From Felis catus (taxonomy: Eukaryota), in the NCBI RefSeq assembly GCF_018350175.1, contig NC_058368.1, forward strand, positions 111,106,001 to 111,170,000: a DNA stretch of 64,000 bases, in the 5' to 3' direction. Position numbers and translations under genes: made by a program. Under the pieces are notes generated by a model, which saw nothing but the letters and a program-made list of their open reading frames with translations, had not been told where the DNA came from and made no database searches. Position 1 is the first letter of the stretch. Every line of letters starts with the position of its first letter. Below, piece after piece: positions 24,408 to 36,725 of this stretch.

Positions 24408-26374
24408 TGTTGTACCCCATTTCTTGAGTACCGGGTGCATGCCAGGCACTGTGCTGTAGAGACGCACCATGATAAACCAGACACATGCAGTCTCTGCTTT
24501 TCTCAGCTTAATTACTAGAGGAGATGGACATTAAACAAATTATTACACAAATAATCATATTTTATAATTATGACAAGTGCTGGAGCCTTTCCTTAAGTAA
24601 CTAAACTTCCTCTTGGTGTCTCTTGGTCTGAAATACTCTCTGATACAATAATTCCCCCTTGAGAAAAGGAAACAGGCCAAGGTCCCAGGATGAAATAGTC
24701 AAATAACATCCACAAGTCTTGTGATCACATACGAAATACGAGAGCTCTGTGCATAGCATAGTGAAAGTTGCCTGTTGTCACTGTCTTTGCTTCAGGAGGT
24801 CGTACCAGACTCCACTGATGGTTTCTGGCAGAGTCTCTTTGGGGTTCTTCCTGGGGAAGTAGGTGTGGAAAACCAGACAGATGGCTCAGTGGCTGTAGTC
24901 TTCAGTCTCAGGAAAAGGAAATGGAGTTCAAGGCCATGTGCATTGTTGCTAGATCTGGGGAGAACACGGTCTTCGGCTCCCTCCAGAGCCATGTTGGCAC
25001 TTTGGCATTCAGACTGGTTATTAAACATTCTTCATACTGTTTGAAGTTTTAGACCTTTAACCATTCTTCATACTGTTTGAAGAAGCTACAATTAACATCT
25101 CCCAGGCAGCTCAGAACTTGGTTGCTAGGCAGCAGACCTTTAAAGACAATTTGTCATTTTCTGCCATAAGAGAAAAAATAGTAAACATTCACATTCTTGG
25201 AAAATTGCTTGTTTTCCAACTTCCAACTTTCTCGCCATGACAAGGCCTCCAGTTCATCAGCATCCATTTTATTTTTTATTTAGTTTTCATAAATAATTCA
25301 AAGGCATTTTAGAAGAGTAATTGAGCTTCTTTCAAGCATAACCTCTGGCTGTTTAGAACAAAAAGGATGTTTGGGTGATAGTGGGGTTGCCATATTTGTG
25401 GACAGGTTTTATGTAAATGCACAGAGGCTCCTTTGGAAGGTACAGAGTACCAAGGTGCCCAGCTTATATGTAGCCTTGGGCAGTAACCCAAGAAAGTGGT
25501 GGTAGATTCGTGAAAGGCTTTTGAGTCATTCAGCCTTTGTTGGCACCTTGCATGTGCTAGGCCCTATGTACACTGTTGGGCCCCAGCCTGTGACCCAACT
25601 TGAACTCACTGAACTCACCTCCTTCATGTGGGGGCTATGGAGTAGGAAACCAGGGGATTCCAATACAGGACCTGTGGGAGTTCACAGGAAGCCCAGAACC
25701 CAGCCTGGGATCCGGGAAGGTTTCCCAGAGCACATGTGGACCCATCTGAGACCTCCAAGATGAAACAGGCCAGCCCCACTTTGGCAAGAGAGAAGAGCGT
25801 CCCAGCAGGGTCCTCCCATGTGCCAAGAGTGAAAAGTGCTCAGGAGACTGAAGTGTATTTGTGTGGCCACAGGGCCTGGTAGGCCCTACAGCTCAGCCTG
25901 AGGGAACAGTGGAAGGCCATTCAAGGGCTTGGAGTTTGCAAAGGCCACCATCTAATTTACATAGTCCAGCCTTTGGGGAAGCTATCTGATTTGGCTTCTG
26001 TGCAGGCAATGAGCAAGTGGCCAAAAGGGGCAGAGGGGCTGTGGGGGGAGTGTTGGGTGGCTCACGGCCTAGGATCCTGTGCCACTTGCAGCATATAGGA
26101 CCTTGTGTAGGTTATTTAACTAACTTTAGTTTCAGAATAGGGATGATGGTAGCATCTACCTCACAGAGTTAGTGTAAGGACTCAAATTAATTGAAGAACT
26201 GCCTTTAGACTGGTGCTGAATACCCAGTGCTCCTTAAGTGCTGGCTGCTACTATTAGGATAGTGCTCCCCTGCCTGAATTTCCATCAGTCCCCTGCCCAA
26301 AAGGACCACTGTGTCCAGTCTGCCACCTGCTACCTAAGTGACCTAGGATGAAACTTGGAACTGTCTTGGGGCTA

Positions 26375-26376
<2 letters not shown>

Positions 26377-26420
<44 letters not shown>
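26377..26420. repeat. (CT)n microsatellite
   Basis: About 22 CT units. Confidence 0.95.
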
Positions 26421-26423
<3 letters not shown>

Positions 26424-26676
26424 CCTTTCTCTCTCCCTCCTGAATCTCTGATCCAGTTGAGCCTGGGATCCCTTCCTGCAGAGTTCCAGTGCCACTCCTG
26501 TTCCTACCTCAGGGCCACCTCTCCCCTGCTGGTGTGGCTTGGCATTCTGGCTTCCCAGACTCCAGCTTGGGTAGTGTGCTGGTCCTTGGGCTTTGAGCCC
26601 TGCTTGGGGATTTCAACTCTGCATATATCCATAAGGTATCTCACCCTGTTAGTGCGTGTTCAAAAAGCTCTGCCAA

Positions 26677-26895
26677 GGGGCGCCTGGGTGGCTCACTCGG
26701 TTATGCGTCCGACTTCAGCTCAGGTCACGATCTCGTGGTCCGTGAGTTCGAGCCCCGCGTCGGGCTCTGTGTTGACAGCTCAGAGCCTGGAGCCTGCTTC
26801 CGATTCTGTGTCTCCCTCTCTCTCTCTCTGCCGCTCCCCCGTTCGTGCTCTGTCTCTCTCTGTCTCAAAAATAAAAAATGTTAAAAAAAAAAAAG
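26677..26895 (+). mobile_element. Can-SINE (feliform type, young)
   Basis: ggggcgcctgggtggctcactcggtt..., CpGs largely intact; TSD aaaagctct(g/c)ccaagg. Confidence 0.95.
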
Positions 26896-28726
26896 AAAAG
26901 CTCTCCCAAGGAGCCAGCTGGGGGTCTCAGACTCCTCAGATAATTCCCCAGAGAGGGCCATTCATTCATTCTTTCATTCATTCATTTCATCACTATTTAC
27001 TGAACACCTGCTATGTGGCAGTCTTTATGCCGGGCACTGAGAACATAGCAGAACACAGGACTGCTTTGGCAGGGGAGATGGCAAGAAACAAACCACAGGA
27101 GCACACCAGTTAATTGTGGGGGTGTTAAGTGCTGGGACGAGAGGCAGGATGACAGGGTGGAATATGGCTCTGTGGGGCAGTTGGTGCTCCCTGAGTCAAG
27201 GTGATAAGGGAAAGGAATCCTGAAAGAGATGATGCTTATACTATAGCACAGGATGAGAGAACTGCAAAAGGTTTCAGGCTTACCCGTGCCTTTTTGGAGG
27301 GGCACTTAGTGACCGTAGTGAAGGGTTGATTTCTGGAGCAAGGTGATACGCCCTCCTGGGTGGGAGGCTCCCCATGGCATTGGAGTGACAGGGCTTCGAC
27401 CTATACCACTTGGCTTACCTGGATCAGGAGAATTTGGAGGCAGTGATGAGCTGACCTGACTATGGGTTCCATTCACCCCACCAGGTCCTGTCCGGGGGCC
27501 CAGAGGGGAATAGCCCAGCTCCAGCCCTGCTGGGCTCGTAAGAGGCCTTAGCTGGGAAAGACCCATGCCAGCAAAGGGGGACTTGTGAAAGACAGACAGC
27601 ACAGAAGCACCCACTGCCTGAGTTTGTGTTCTTGTATCAGCTGCCTTACTGCTTGCTAATAAGATATGCAAATTATCAGGGCTGTGAAATCTTCCCCACA
27701 TTTCATCTTCTGCTTAATTAGCATTTAATCGTAATCTCATTTTAATTTTTTCACACTGGCACCCTAATTAAATGTTAGGGTGTTAGTCTTAACAATTAAA
27801 TTATATTGGCAAATAGAGTCTTCAAGAAACTTGACCTTTTTCAAGCCAGGGCGCTCTCTAGCTAGATGCAAATGTTAATTAGATTTCTGGACGGTGTTGC
27901 CTCAAGCCCCTTGGTGCACCCATTTCAGTTGTTTTCTTGCTGTTGTGGCCCTAGATTCAAATGAGACACACACAGCCAAGTGATTTGGGCCCCTGGCAGG
28001 CAGAGGTTGCCACTGAACGGGTTGGTCATGAACCCCTGGAAGGCCAGTGATGCTGGTTTTTCTGGGGAGTGTTTGGTTTGGAATTTGGTCAGAGGCCTAG
28101 AAAACTCATTGAAGTGGTTTCTCAACTTGTGATTCTGATTTGATAATCACTGGGAAAGTTGGTGCCTAAGCAAGTCACATAGTGTCTGGAGCTGCCACCA
28201 GGTCCTGCAATATCCCTTTGTGGGAGGCCACAGTGAGGTCAGGCAACTGGGCAAGAGAGGCATTGCTGGTGTCAGCTGGGGCTGGGCTTGGAGACTGTTC
28301 CAGGGTGGAAGGCAGGGAGTCGGAGTTGGGGGGGGGTGGGCAACAGACAGAACATTGGGAAAAGCAGATTCCCCCTGAGTTCCCTGTAGCCCAGAAGAAA
28401 ACCAGAGCATGAGGGTGCAGACATTCATGGCCTGGTCCTGAGAAGTTTTGGATGGGCTTGACTAAGAAGGAATGCAACCTTCTCTTCTTCTTACTCTGTC
28501 ACACACAGAGGGTGGCACTTTGTTGCCCCAGCTGAGCAGGAGATACAGTGTCCTTGTTCTTGAGGGACATTGGAGTCCCTGGCTCATGGGAAGCTATTCT
28601 CTGAGCTGCCCCTGGGGACTGGCCTCTCCCTCAGCTACTTATGTAAGATTCTGATATTTGCCTGGGGTTGGTGCCCTGTACTTCTTCACACCTCCATTTG
28701 AGCCTGTGGTTGCAGTACTAACATAA

Positions 28727-28904
28727 TTTTAAGTTTTTATTTATTGATTTTGAGAGAGAGGGAGAGAAAGATTGAGGACATGAGCAGGAGAAGGGCAAAG
28801 AGAGAATCCCAAGCAGGTTCCATGCCGTCAGTTCAGGGTCTTGTACTCAGTACCATGAGATCATGGTCAGACGCCTAACTGACTGAGCCACCCAGGCGTG
28901 CCCC
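28727..28904 (-). mobile_element. Can-SINE (older, degenerate)
   Basis: tttatttattgattttgagagagag...gactgagccacccaggcgtgcccc. Confidence 0.85.
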
Positions 28905-28914
28905 CACCCCCAGC

Positions 28915-29138
28915 TTTTTTAAGTTTTTATTTATTTATTAAAAAAATTTTTTTTAATGTTTATTACTTTTGAGAGAGAGGGACAGAGCAGGGGAGGGCCA
29001 GAGAAAGGGAGACACAATCTCAAACAGGTTCCAGGCTCTAGCTGTCAGCACAGAGCCTGACATGGGGTTCGAATTCACAAATCATGAGATCATGACGAGA
29101 GCTGAAGTCGGCCGCTTAACTGAGGCACCCAGGCACCC

Positions 29139-29139
<1 letters not shown>
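28915..29139 (-). mobile_element. Can-SINE
   Basis: aatgtttattacttttgagagagagg...gctgtcagcacagagcctgac...caggcacccc. Confidence 0.88.
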
Positions 29140-29193
<54 letters not shown>

Positions 29194-29195
29194 TC
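29140..29195. repeat. (TTTC)n tetranucleotide repeat
   Basis: About 14 units. Confidence 0.95.
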
Positions 29196-29659
29196 GAGAG
29201 ATTGAGGCCATGAGCAATGGAGCGTAATCTTAAACCTTCAGTAGAAATTCCCCAAGCAGTCACTTAATGGCAGTATTGCATTCACAGAAGCCTTCCTGCC
29301 ATCTGATTTTTCCCTTAGGTTTTTGGTCTTTCTCAGCAAGTTTTTCCTCTTCCCTGAGTTCCACTCCCATCCATCATTCAAACTCTGTTCTTTAACAGAT
29401 CAGAACACAGGTGAATTCCGTTCAGCACATTTATTGAACATCTCTGTGCAGAGCCCTGTGCTGAGTTCAGGGAAGGTGTGTTAATGTAATTATTGCTTTT
29501 ACATAAAGCAATACAATACAAAGTTGGCTTCTTACTTTGAAGTAAAGTGGGGGCAGTGCGGTGCGGACAGAAAGGCCACTGGAGTTGCATTTGCCTTTTC
29601 CTTCCCTGGCTGTGGAGCAGACCACCCTGAGGCACTCTTTCCACTCCTGCTCCTGACAG

Positions 29660-29817
29660 GTGTTCCGGACAGACTTGATCACAGCCATGAAGATTCCAGA
29701 TTCCTGCCAGCTCAGCCCGGATGACTACTACATCCTGGCTGACCCATGGCGACAAGAATGGGAGAAGGGTGTGCAGGTGCCGGCTGGAGCAGAGGCCATT
29801 CCAGAGCCTGTGGTGAG
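29660..29817 (+). CDS. JADE2: JADE2 coding exon 3 ([41 protein letters not shown]...), EPC-like N-terminal region
   Basis: cctgacag acceptor, AG|gtaagt donor; 158 nt; [12 protein letters not shown] motif typical of the JADE family. Confidence 0.97.
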
Positions 29818-29984
29818 GTAAGTTGGGCATCCCAGGCTGGGAGACCCTAGACAGGGGAGGCTGGGACAAGGGACCTTTGTAGCCTGTCTCTGTTCTTAGA
29901 TTCTTTGGTCCCACAAACCATTGAAAATTTCCAGAAATACTGGCAGTTTGCCTTTGAGGCTGAGGGCCCGGACTTGGGCTCAGC

Positions 29985-30195
29985 TCTGGAGCCAGATGGC
30001 TTAGGTTCAAATTGCCACTCACATTCAGTCTGACATTGGGCCAGAAACATAACCTCCCTGGGCCTTGGTCTCCTTGTCTGTGAAATGGGAATGACGATGG
30101 TACATCTACCCCCTATGGTGGTTGAGATGACATAGGGAAACGACGCCTGGAAGACGTTTGGCATGGGACCTGGCTCACGCAAGCACTCAGTAAAA
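29985..30195 (+). mobile_element. MIR SINE
   Basis: ctctggagccagatggcttaggttcaaat...ctccttgtctgtgaaatggga...aagcactcagtaaa. Confidence 0.7.
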
Positions 30196-33100
30196 ACAGG
30201 CCATGAGTTGTCTTCACATCAGTCCCAACTGGGTCCCACAAGCAGGTCTTATCTGGGAAATCTCCAGGCTTTTAAATAGTCTTTAAGTCAGGAATAAGCC
30301 ATGCTCTTGACTTGTTAACTCCTTTTTGAGAGTTCTAAGTGGGAGGGAGTTGAATGCTGACACACAGCAGATGCTCCAGAAGCAGTTGCTTCCGGAATCC
30401 CAGGAGGATTCCCTGCCAGGGCAAGGTAGGAGCTAGGTCAGGGTATATCCTCTGCAGGCTTTGTAGCCTTCAGGTCTTGTGGATCACAGAGACCCGTGGT
30501 GCCTCATGACTGTGGCCTTGCCTCCAGCAACAGAGGTCAGCCAAGTGATGCTTTCTGCATGCTACAAAACCCTCTAAGTCATGTCTCTGGGTAGAGGGAC
30601 CTGATGTCCTGACCTCCCTGGCCCACCGGCACTCTTGGCCTTGGCAGCCCCATGGCTCTCACTTAGGCCCATTTTGACCAGGCCTGGGGCAAAGATTCCA
30701 GCCCTGACCTCCCTTGACATTGGCACTGTTGCTTTCCAGTAGCCACACCTATGAGTGCCCGCCTGGTGCCAGACCTGTGCTGGACATGGAATTACAGAGG
30801 CAGATAAGACTCTGAATGCTGCTTATGTGCTCTGTGAGGACCGGGGGCTGGGCAGGGCTCATCCTGTGGCTGCTGAGGGCTGAGTGCTGGGCCCTCTGAC
30901 AGTCAGGGGAGCTCTAGTATTCTCTGGAAGGGAGAATATGTGGGATTTGGAGAGGAAATGTATTCTCCACATCCCCTCCCCAGGGCCAGAATGTGGATTA
31001 AGCTCCTAGCCAGTTTGACACCTTTACATCTGCAGACTGTGCAGACTGAAGAACTACCACTAACCTATTTGAACTAGTTTTCTCCTCTGTAAAATGGGCC
31101 CGATAACAGTAGCTGCCTAATGGTGTGGCAGGGATGAAATGAGAATACACATGGCAAGGGCCCAGGGCAGTAAAGGGGAGGGGCAGGCCACCAGCTGGGC
31201 CGAGAGGGGATTCCTGATTAGGCTTGGCCCAGCTGTCTGTCCTCCCTCCTCGATGTCAATGTCAGGTGGTTCCGGAAACATCCAATGGCCTGGGTAATTA
31301 ATTGCAGATGCTTCCACACCAGTAGCTTGGCTTCTGTCTGCCTGCGTGGTGCTTTATCTGTTGACATCAAGAGGAGAGCACGTGTTCAGACTGCTCTGGC
31401 TTTTCTAGGTGCATTCCCTGCATATGCTCAGCTGCTCTAAGCTGACAGGAGCCAGGCACTCCCCTCCTGTCTGTGCTCTTTGGAGAGGATAGACTAGAGG
31501 TAGGGAGGGGCTGTTTCCTTTGCAAAGTCTTCCCTATCTCCCTTCAGCCCAGTCCCGCCATCTTCCAGGGCACCTCCCATTGCAAGGCCCTTATCTGGAA
31601 GCCAGCACAGCAACCACCATGGTCAGAACTATTAACAGCAGTGCTTCCTGAGGATTCACTGTGCTGAGCCTGCTATGTTCATCTTCTCATTTAATTACCA
31701 TACCAGCCCTATAAAGTACATCTTACTGTCCCCATTTGATAGATGAGGAAGTTGGGAAATTCTGGGGAATTCCCTGTATGACCGCCAGGGCCTAGTGGGC
31801 TGGGCCAGGAAGTCACAAGCCAAGGGAACAAGCACTGGGTTGCCCCTGTGAGGCCCAGAGAGAGGCTGTGCCCCCATCACGCTGTCATGCTGGCTTTCAT
31901 TGCTATTTCCCCACTGCTACCCCAGCCCCCTCTGTCTCCCTTTTTGTCCATTCTTCCCTGGCGCTTTGGCAGGTCTGCCTACCTCATGGTCTGAAATTTA
32001 TGTGGGTAATGAGAACCTGTCTCAACCCCTGATCATGAATTGAGTGATGGCCTGTGCTGCTCCCTCATTGTATCCAGAAGATTCAACCTAGGGCAAAACC
32101 AGCCTCTGGTGTAGGTATAGGCTTTTGAAGTAGAGACCCTCCCCCAGATCCCAGCCCAGGCCATCTGCCTTCTTCAGCTGATCTGTGTCCTGCTAGCTAA
32201 CAGTTGAGACTGAGACCTTGGCTTAGGGTCAGGTGATCCCCAGCTGGTAGAGATAGCTTCTTCCATAGCCAGAGCCAGAAGAGGTGTAACACTTGAGGAT
32301 GAGATCCCCAGGAAACACAGGAAATGCCTTTTCTGGTGTGAGCCCCTTAACCCTAGATTCTCAGAGAAAGAAAGGAACTTTCTGACTGAGAACACAGGTG
32401 TCGGTAGTTACACCAGTAGGTAGTAGGGCACTCTAAGGTTATATCCAAAACCTCATTGAGCATACGCTGGGGACACAAAGTAGCATCAAGACAAAATTAG
32501 TCTATGTTTTTAAAAGAATGTATTAATTCCAGTAAGATCTTTGTGAGGAAAAGCAGGATTTTATAGGACTAAGAGTATCAGTATTACATCTATTTGGAAT
32601 GACCTATTTTACAGGGGGGGCTGGATGGAGTCACCATTAGTCATTACCTGAGGCCTTCCTTAATCTGGGCCTCTCGTGTGGGAAAAGGTGGCACCAAGCA
32701 CTTTCCCTTTCTCCTTACTCCCCCCAACCTTCTCTGAGCCTCCCTCCGGATCTGGAGGCCATTTTCGCCTGTCTCCTTCATCCTTCCTTCCCCTCTGGCT
32801 GACACCTGGGGCATGTCCTGGAGCCCAGGAGTCCTCCCCATAGCTCAGCCACGTCCCTGTGCCATCCTGCCCTCCCCTCCCGTGTCTGTGCTGAGTCACA
32901 ACCCCTGGCAGCCCTGCCTTCGACCCCAGGAGGCTCCTCAGGCAAGTGAGGGCCTCTCAGCCCCTGGGAGGGCTGGCCAGATGGAAGCCAGGCTCCACAG
33001 CAATAACCATGGCAACCGGTGGAGGGTGGGAAGAGCTGGCATTTTGAACTGGCATCAGGAACTGAGGGGCAGCACACAGCTGAGCCAAGAGGGGGAACTA

Positions 33101-33364
33101 TGCCCTCCCTAGATAAAAAGCCCTCCAGTTCCATCTCAGAAGGAGCAAAGTGATATCTAGAGGTCTTAAAATACACACTCACACACCTGTAGTGCTTACT
33201 GTGTGCCAGGCACTGTTGTAAGAGCTTTCCACGTATTCATCCATTTAGTTCTTATCAACCATAGAAAGTAAGTACTGTTATTATTAGCTTATTTTTTTGG
33301 ATGAGGTCACTGGTCACAGACAGGTTGGGCAGCTTGCCCAGATTACACAGTAAGTGGTAGATCA

Positions 33365-33461
33365 GGGGGCTCCTGGCTGGCTCAGTCGGTAGAGCATGCG
33401 ACTCTTGATGTTAGGGTTGTGAGTTCTAGCCCCACGTTGGGGGTAGAGTTTACTTAAAAAA
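33365..33461 (+). mobile_element. Short tRNA-Lys-derived carnivore SINE (SINEC_old-like), next to or inside a minus-strand MIR at about 33185-33360
   Basis: ggctcagtcggtagagcatgcgactcttgatgttagggttgtgagttctagccccacgttggg then tagagtttacttaaaaaa. Confidence 0.8.
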
Positions 33462-34319
33462 CATATAGTGTATCAGGACTTTGGGTCCACGTTTTGCAGC
33501 CAGGACCCTTCAAATGTAGCTGCCTCAGGGAGAGCCATGACCCAAGGGAGGGCTGCCCTGGAGTATGATTCTGGGACCCATCCTTACTTATATCCAGGGG
33601 AGGAGGCCTCCATCTCGCAGTGGGGGAGGGGACACCATGGTGAGAGACTGACTGCTCAGGTTATGTCATATTCGAGGGAATGCTAAGGTATGTGGGAGAC
33701 ACTGTCTTCTGGGAGTGTAGACCCTTTATGTGGAAAAGGCCACCGTGAGCTACAGCAGTGTACCCAGGTAAGGCTCCTTCTCACCCTAGAGGAGACCCGG
33801 CCTCACTTTCCCCTGTGGGGACATGGGGATAATCTTGGCCTCTCCCTAGTCTTAAGGGGTATGCTGAAGGACCTGAAGCCCCACTGGCTCTTTCCCCCTT
33901 GTCCCACAGTGGCCAGCACTGGGCATTGCCCAGTGAGAGCACATAGGCTGACTCCTATAGGCCCAGGCGGGGCAGATCTAGATTATGGAGCTTTAGCTAA
34001 GGCCCAGATGCCTTCATGAGAGGACCAGTAGAGTGCTCTGGGCAGAATGGATGTTTATGGGATGTGCAGGACAATAGGTCAGCACCCACTCCCCACCCAC
34101 ACTCTGCCCTGTGGTCTGCTCTCCTGCTTACCCATAGTGCTTTGAGTCTCTGCAGGGTGGGCAGGCAAGAAGAGGTAGTATAAGGAAGTAGCATCAAAAA
34201 ATCATACTTGTCCAGCAGCTCCTCATCTGGGCTGGTTGACTCACTGGAGGCTGCCAGACCCAGTAAGGCTGGCAGGCTGAGGATCCCTCCCCTCATAATA
34301 CCCTCTCTTGATTTCCTAG

Positions 34320-34480
34320 GATTCTCCCGCCGCTGGAAGGCCCCCCTACCCAGGTGTCCCCTAGCAGCTCTGAACTTGGTGAGGGCTCCCAGCCTGATTG
34401 GCCTGGGGGCAGCCGCTATGACCTGGACGAGATTGATGCCTATTGGCTGGAGCTTATCAACTCGGAGCTCAAGGAGATGG
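34320..34480 (+). CDS. JADE2: JADE2 coding exon 4 (ILPPLEGPP...RYDLDEIDAYWLELINSELKEM)
   Basis: tttcctag acceptor, G|gtaggt donor; 161 nt; EPC-type YDLDExDxxWL motif. Confidence 0.97.
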
Positions 34481-35150
34481 GTAGGTGACCTGCCAGGCTA
34501 AGAGTGGGATCGGGGCAGGTCAGGCAGAGTTTTCTTCTGAATGCCACCCTCAGAAAGGTAGTGGGCACAACTGGGCTTTGGCACTGCATAGATAGGAGAA
34601 AGTCCCCGCCGTATTACTGATTGATTGGAGAAGTTATTTGGTGTGTCTGTGCCTCATTTTCTGTAGCTGTCAGGTGAGTGCACTAATAGCATGCAATTTC
34701 CAGAGTTCTTGAGAATATTGTTAGTAAGCCTGACTATTAGACAAAGAGTAAGTGAACACATTAATGAGTCTAGGATGATAAATGAGGCTGAGGACAGTTG
34801 GTGTGGGCCACTAGTATCTCCTAGGAAGGTTTCCCCGAGCCCCCTGCCATACACACAATTCAAGCAGTGGATTCCGCATGCACACAGCTGTACCCCAGAG
34901 ATACTTCTGTGTTATCTGCATGTACACGTGTATGTGGTCACAAGCAGGGTGTCTAAAGTCAGAACACCATAACCAGCCCCAGGGGTCTTTGAGATTGAAT
35001 GGTCCAGCCCATTCTGTTTCCAGATGATGGAGCTGAGGCCCACGACAGTGGGTGCATTTTCCCAAGTCACACAGTAAGTGGGTGGAGACCCATCCACACG
35101 TCTGCCCTGATAGACCAGGCTCCTAACACCCTCCCCTGCTGTCCTCACAG

Positions 35151-35362
35151 AGAGGCCAGAGCTGGATGAGCTGACGCTAGAGCGTGTGCTGGAGGAGTTG
35201 GAAACCCAGTGCCACCAGAATATGGCACGGGCCATTGAGACACAGGAGGGGTTGGGCATTGAGTATGATGAGGACGTCGTCTGTGATGTGTGCCGTTCTC
35301 CCGAGGGCGAAGATGGCAACGAGATGGTCTTCTGTGACAAATGCAATGTCTGTGTGCACCAG
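35151..35362 (+). CDS. JADE2: JADE2 coding exon 5 (ERPELDE...[27 protein letters not shown]), start of PHD1
   Basis: cctcacag acceptor, CAG|gtgggc donor; 212 nt; PHD cysteine pattern. Confidence 0.98.
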
Positions 35363-36557
35363 GTGGGCATCCTCTCAATCGTTCTCCCCCATGCTGCTTG
35401 GCCAGGCTGCTGCCTAGAACTGGTCATTCTCGCTGTAGGAATGCAGTAGCACTGTGGGCGTAGGCCCCTGAGAAGGGCAAGGGAGGAGGAGGGAACGGAA
35501 TGAGTGCCCCATGGCTCAGTCCTGTCAGCCAGACTGGAGTGAATGTCCACTGGGTTCTCTTTCCATCCTTTTCCTGTGGGCCTCCATCAAATCCCCTCAC
35601 TGAACACCCTACCCCCTGCCTCCGTGCCCCTCTTCCTCTGCTCCTCACCGTCCTGAACTTCTAAACAGGCAGCACCGTGCAGTGATGGAGAGCAAAGCCT
35701 GCAGCCAGGGTTCCTGATTTCAAATTGTGGCCCTGCCCTTTACAAACTATGTGACTTTGGGTAATTTCTTAATCTCTGTGGACCTCTATTTTATCAGCTA
35801 CAGATAAAAGTAATTTCTTGTGACGACTAAGATACTTCTAACGAGCTATTTGCTGAGAACAGTATAGTACGAGCTATAAGTATTTATCATTATTGATGTT
35901 ATAAATCAGGAGTTGCCTGACATGCCCCCCTCTTGATCTTGGGCCCCAAAGCTCCCAGGTGTGGGGTGTTTCTGGGCTTTGTTTATAGAAGACTTGACTG
36001 GAACCCAGTGGATCCACTCTAGCACACACACGTACACACACACATGCACACACACATCTCCTTATCCACCGGTTCTGAAATATTTCCTAGGGAGCTCAGA
36101 GGGGCTTCATCACTTGTCTGTGTACCCCCCATTCATTCTTATCCTTATACCCAGTAGCTCTTAGGTCCATAAGCCCTAGGCATGACCAGGAGGAGCCCCC
36201 TTCACAAATCTCTATGAAAAAAAGTAGAAAGCCCTGGGCCTTGTCCTCAGGCATCATAACATACTCAAATGTATGTTCAACTTGCAGGAGTTCATAGACA
36301 CTTCTGAAATCCATCACTCACTAGGAATCTCTGGCCAAAGTGACTTTCCTCCCAACAGAGGGCAGAGCTGAGCCCTTCCACAGAGGACTGGCATCTTTGC
36401 CTTAGAATCCTTCTGGAGGCCTCCTTACCAGAGCCTACTAGCAGTGTGGCCCTGTAGCTTCTAGCTCGGGCTGGGGCTGAGACCATTTGCAGCTGAACCC
36501 TGACCAGACGCAGATGGCCATTGCATCTGACTTGTGACCACTCTGCTCTCTTCCCAG

Positions 36558-36725
36558 GCATGCTACGGGATCCTCAAGGTGCCCACGGGCAGCTGGCTAT
36601 GCCGGACATGTGCCCTGGGTGTCCAGCCAAAGTGCCTGCTCTGCCCCAAGCGAGGAGGAGCCTTGAAGCCCACCAGGAGCGGGACCAAGTGGGTGCACGT
36701 CAGCTGCGCTCTGTGGATTCCTGAG
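36558..36725 (+). CDS. JADE2: JADE2 coding exon 6 ([18 protein letters not shown]...[12 protein letters not shown]), end of PHD1 and zinc knuckle
   Basis: ttcccag acceptor, GAG|gtgggc donor; 168 nt. Confidence 0.98.

Noticed and set aside
26457..27113. 218-aa ORF in the long intron
   Set aside because: Reads through a Can-SINE and an L2 end; chance open frame.
33368..33445. tRNA-Lys gene
   Set aside because: Several stem-breaking substitutions, a SINE-type GGGGCTCC head and a TAGAGTTTACTTAAAAAA tail mark it as a tRNA-derived carnivore SINE.
29378..35550. Minus-strand ORFs of 214 aa and 212 aa
   Set aside because: Antisense shadows of JADE2 coding exons 3 and 5 plus flanking intron; no independent gene structure.
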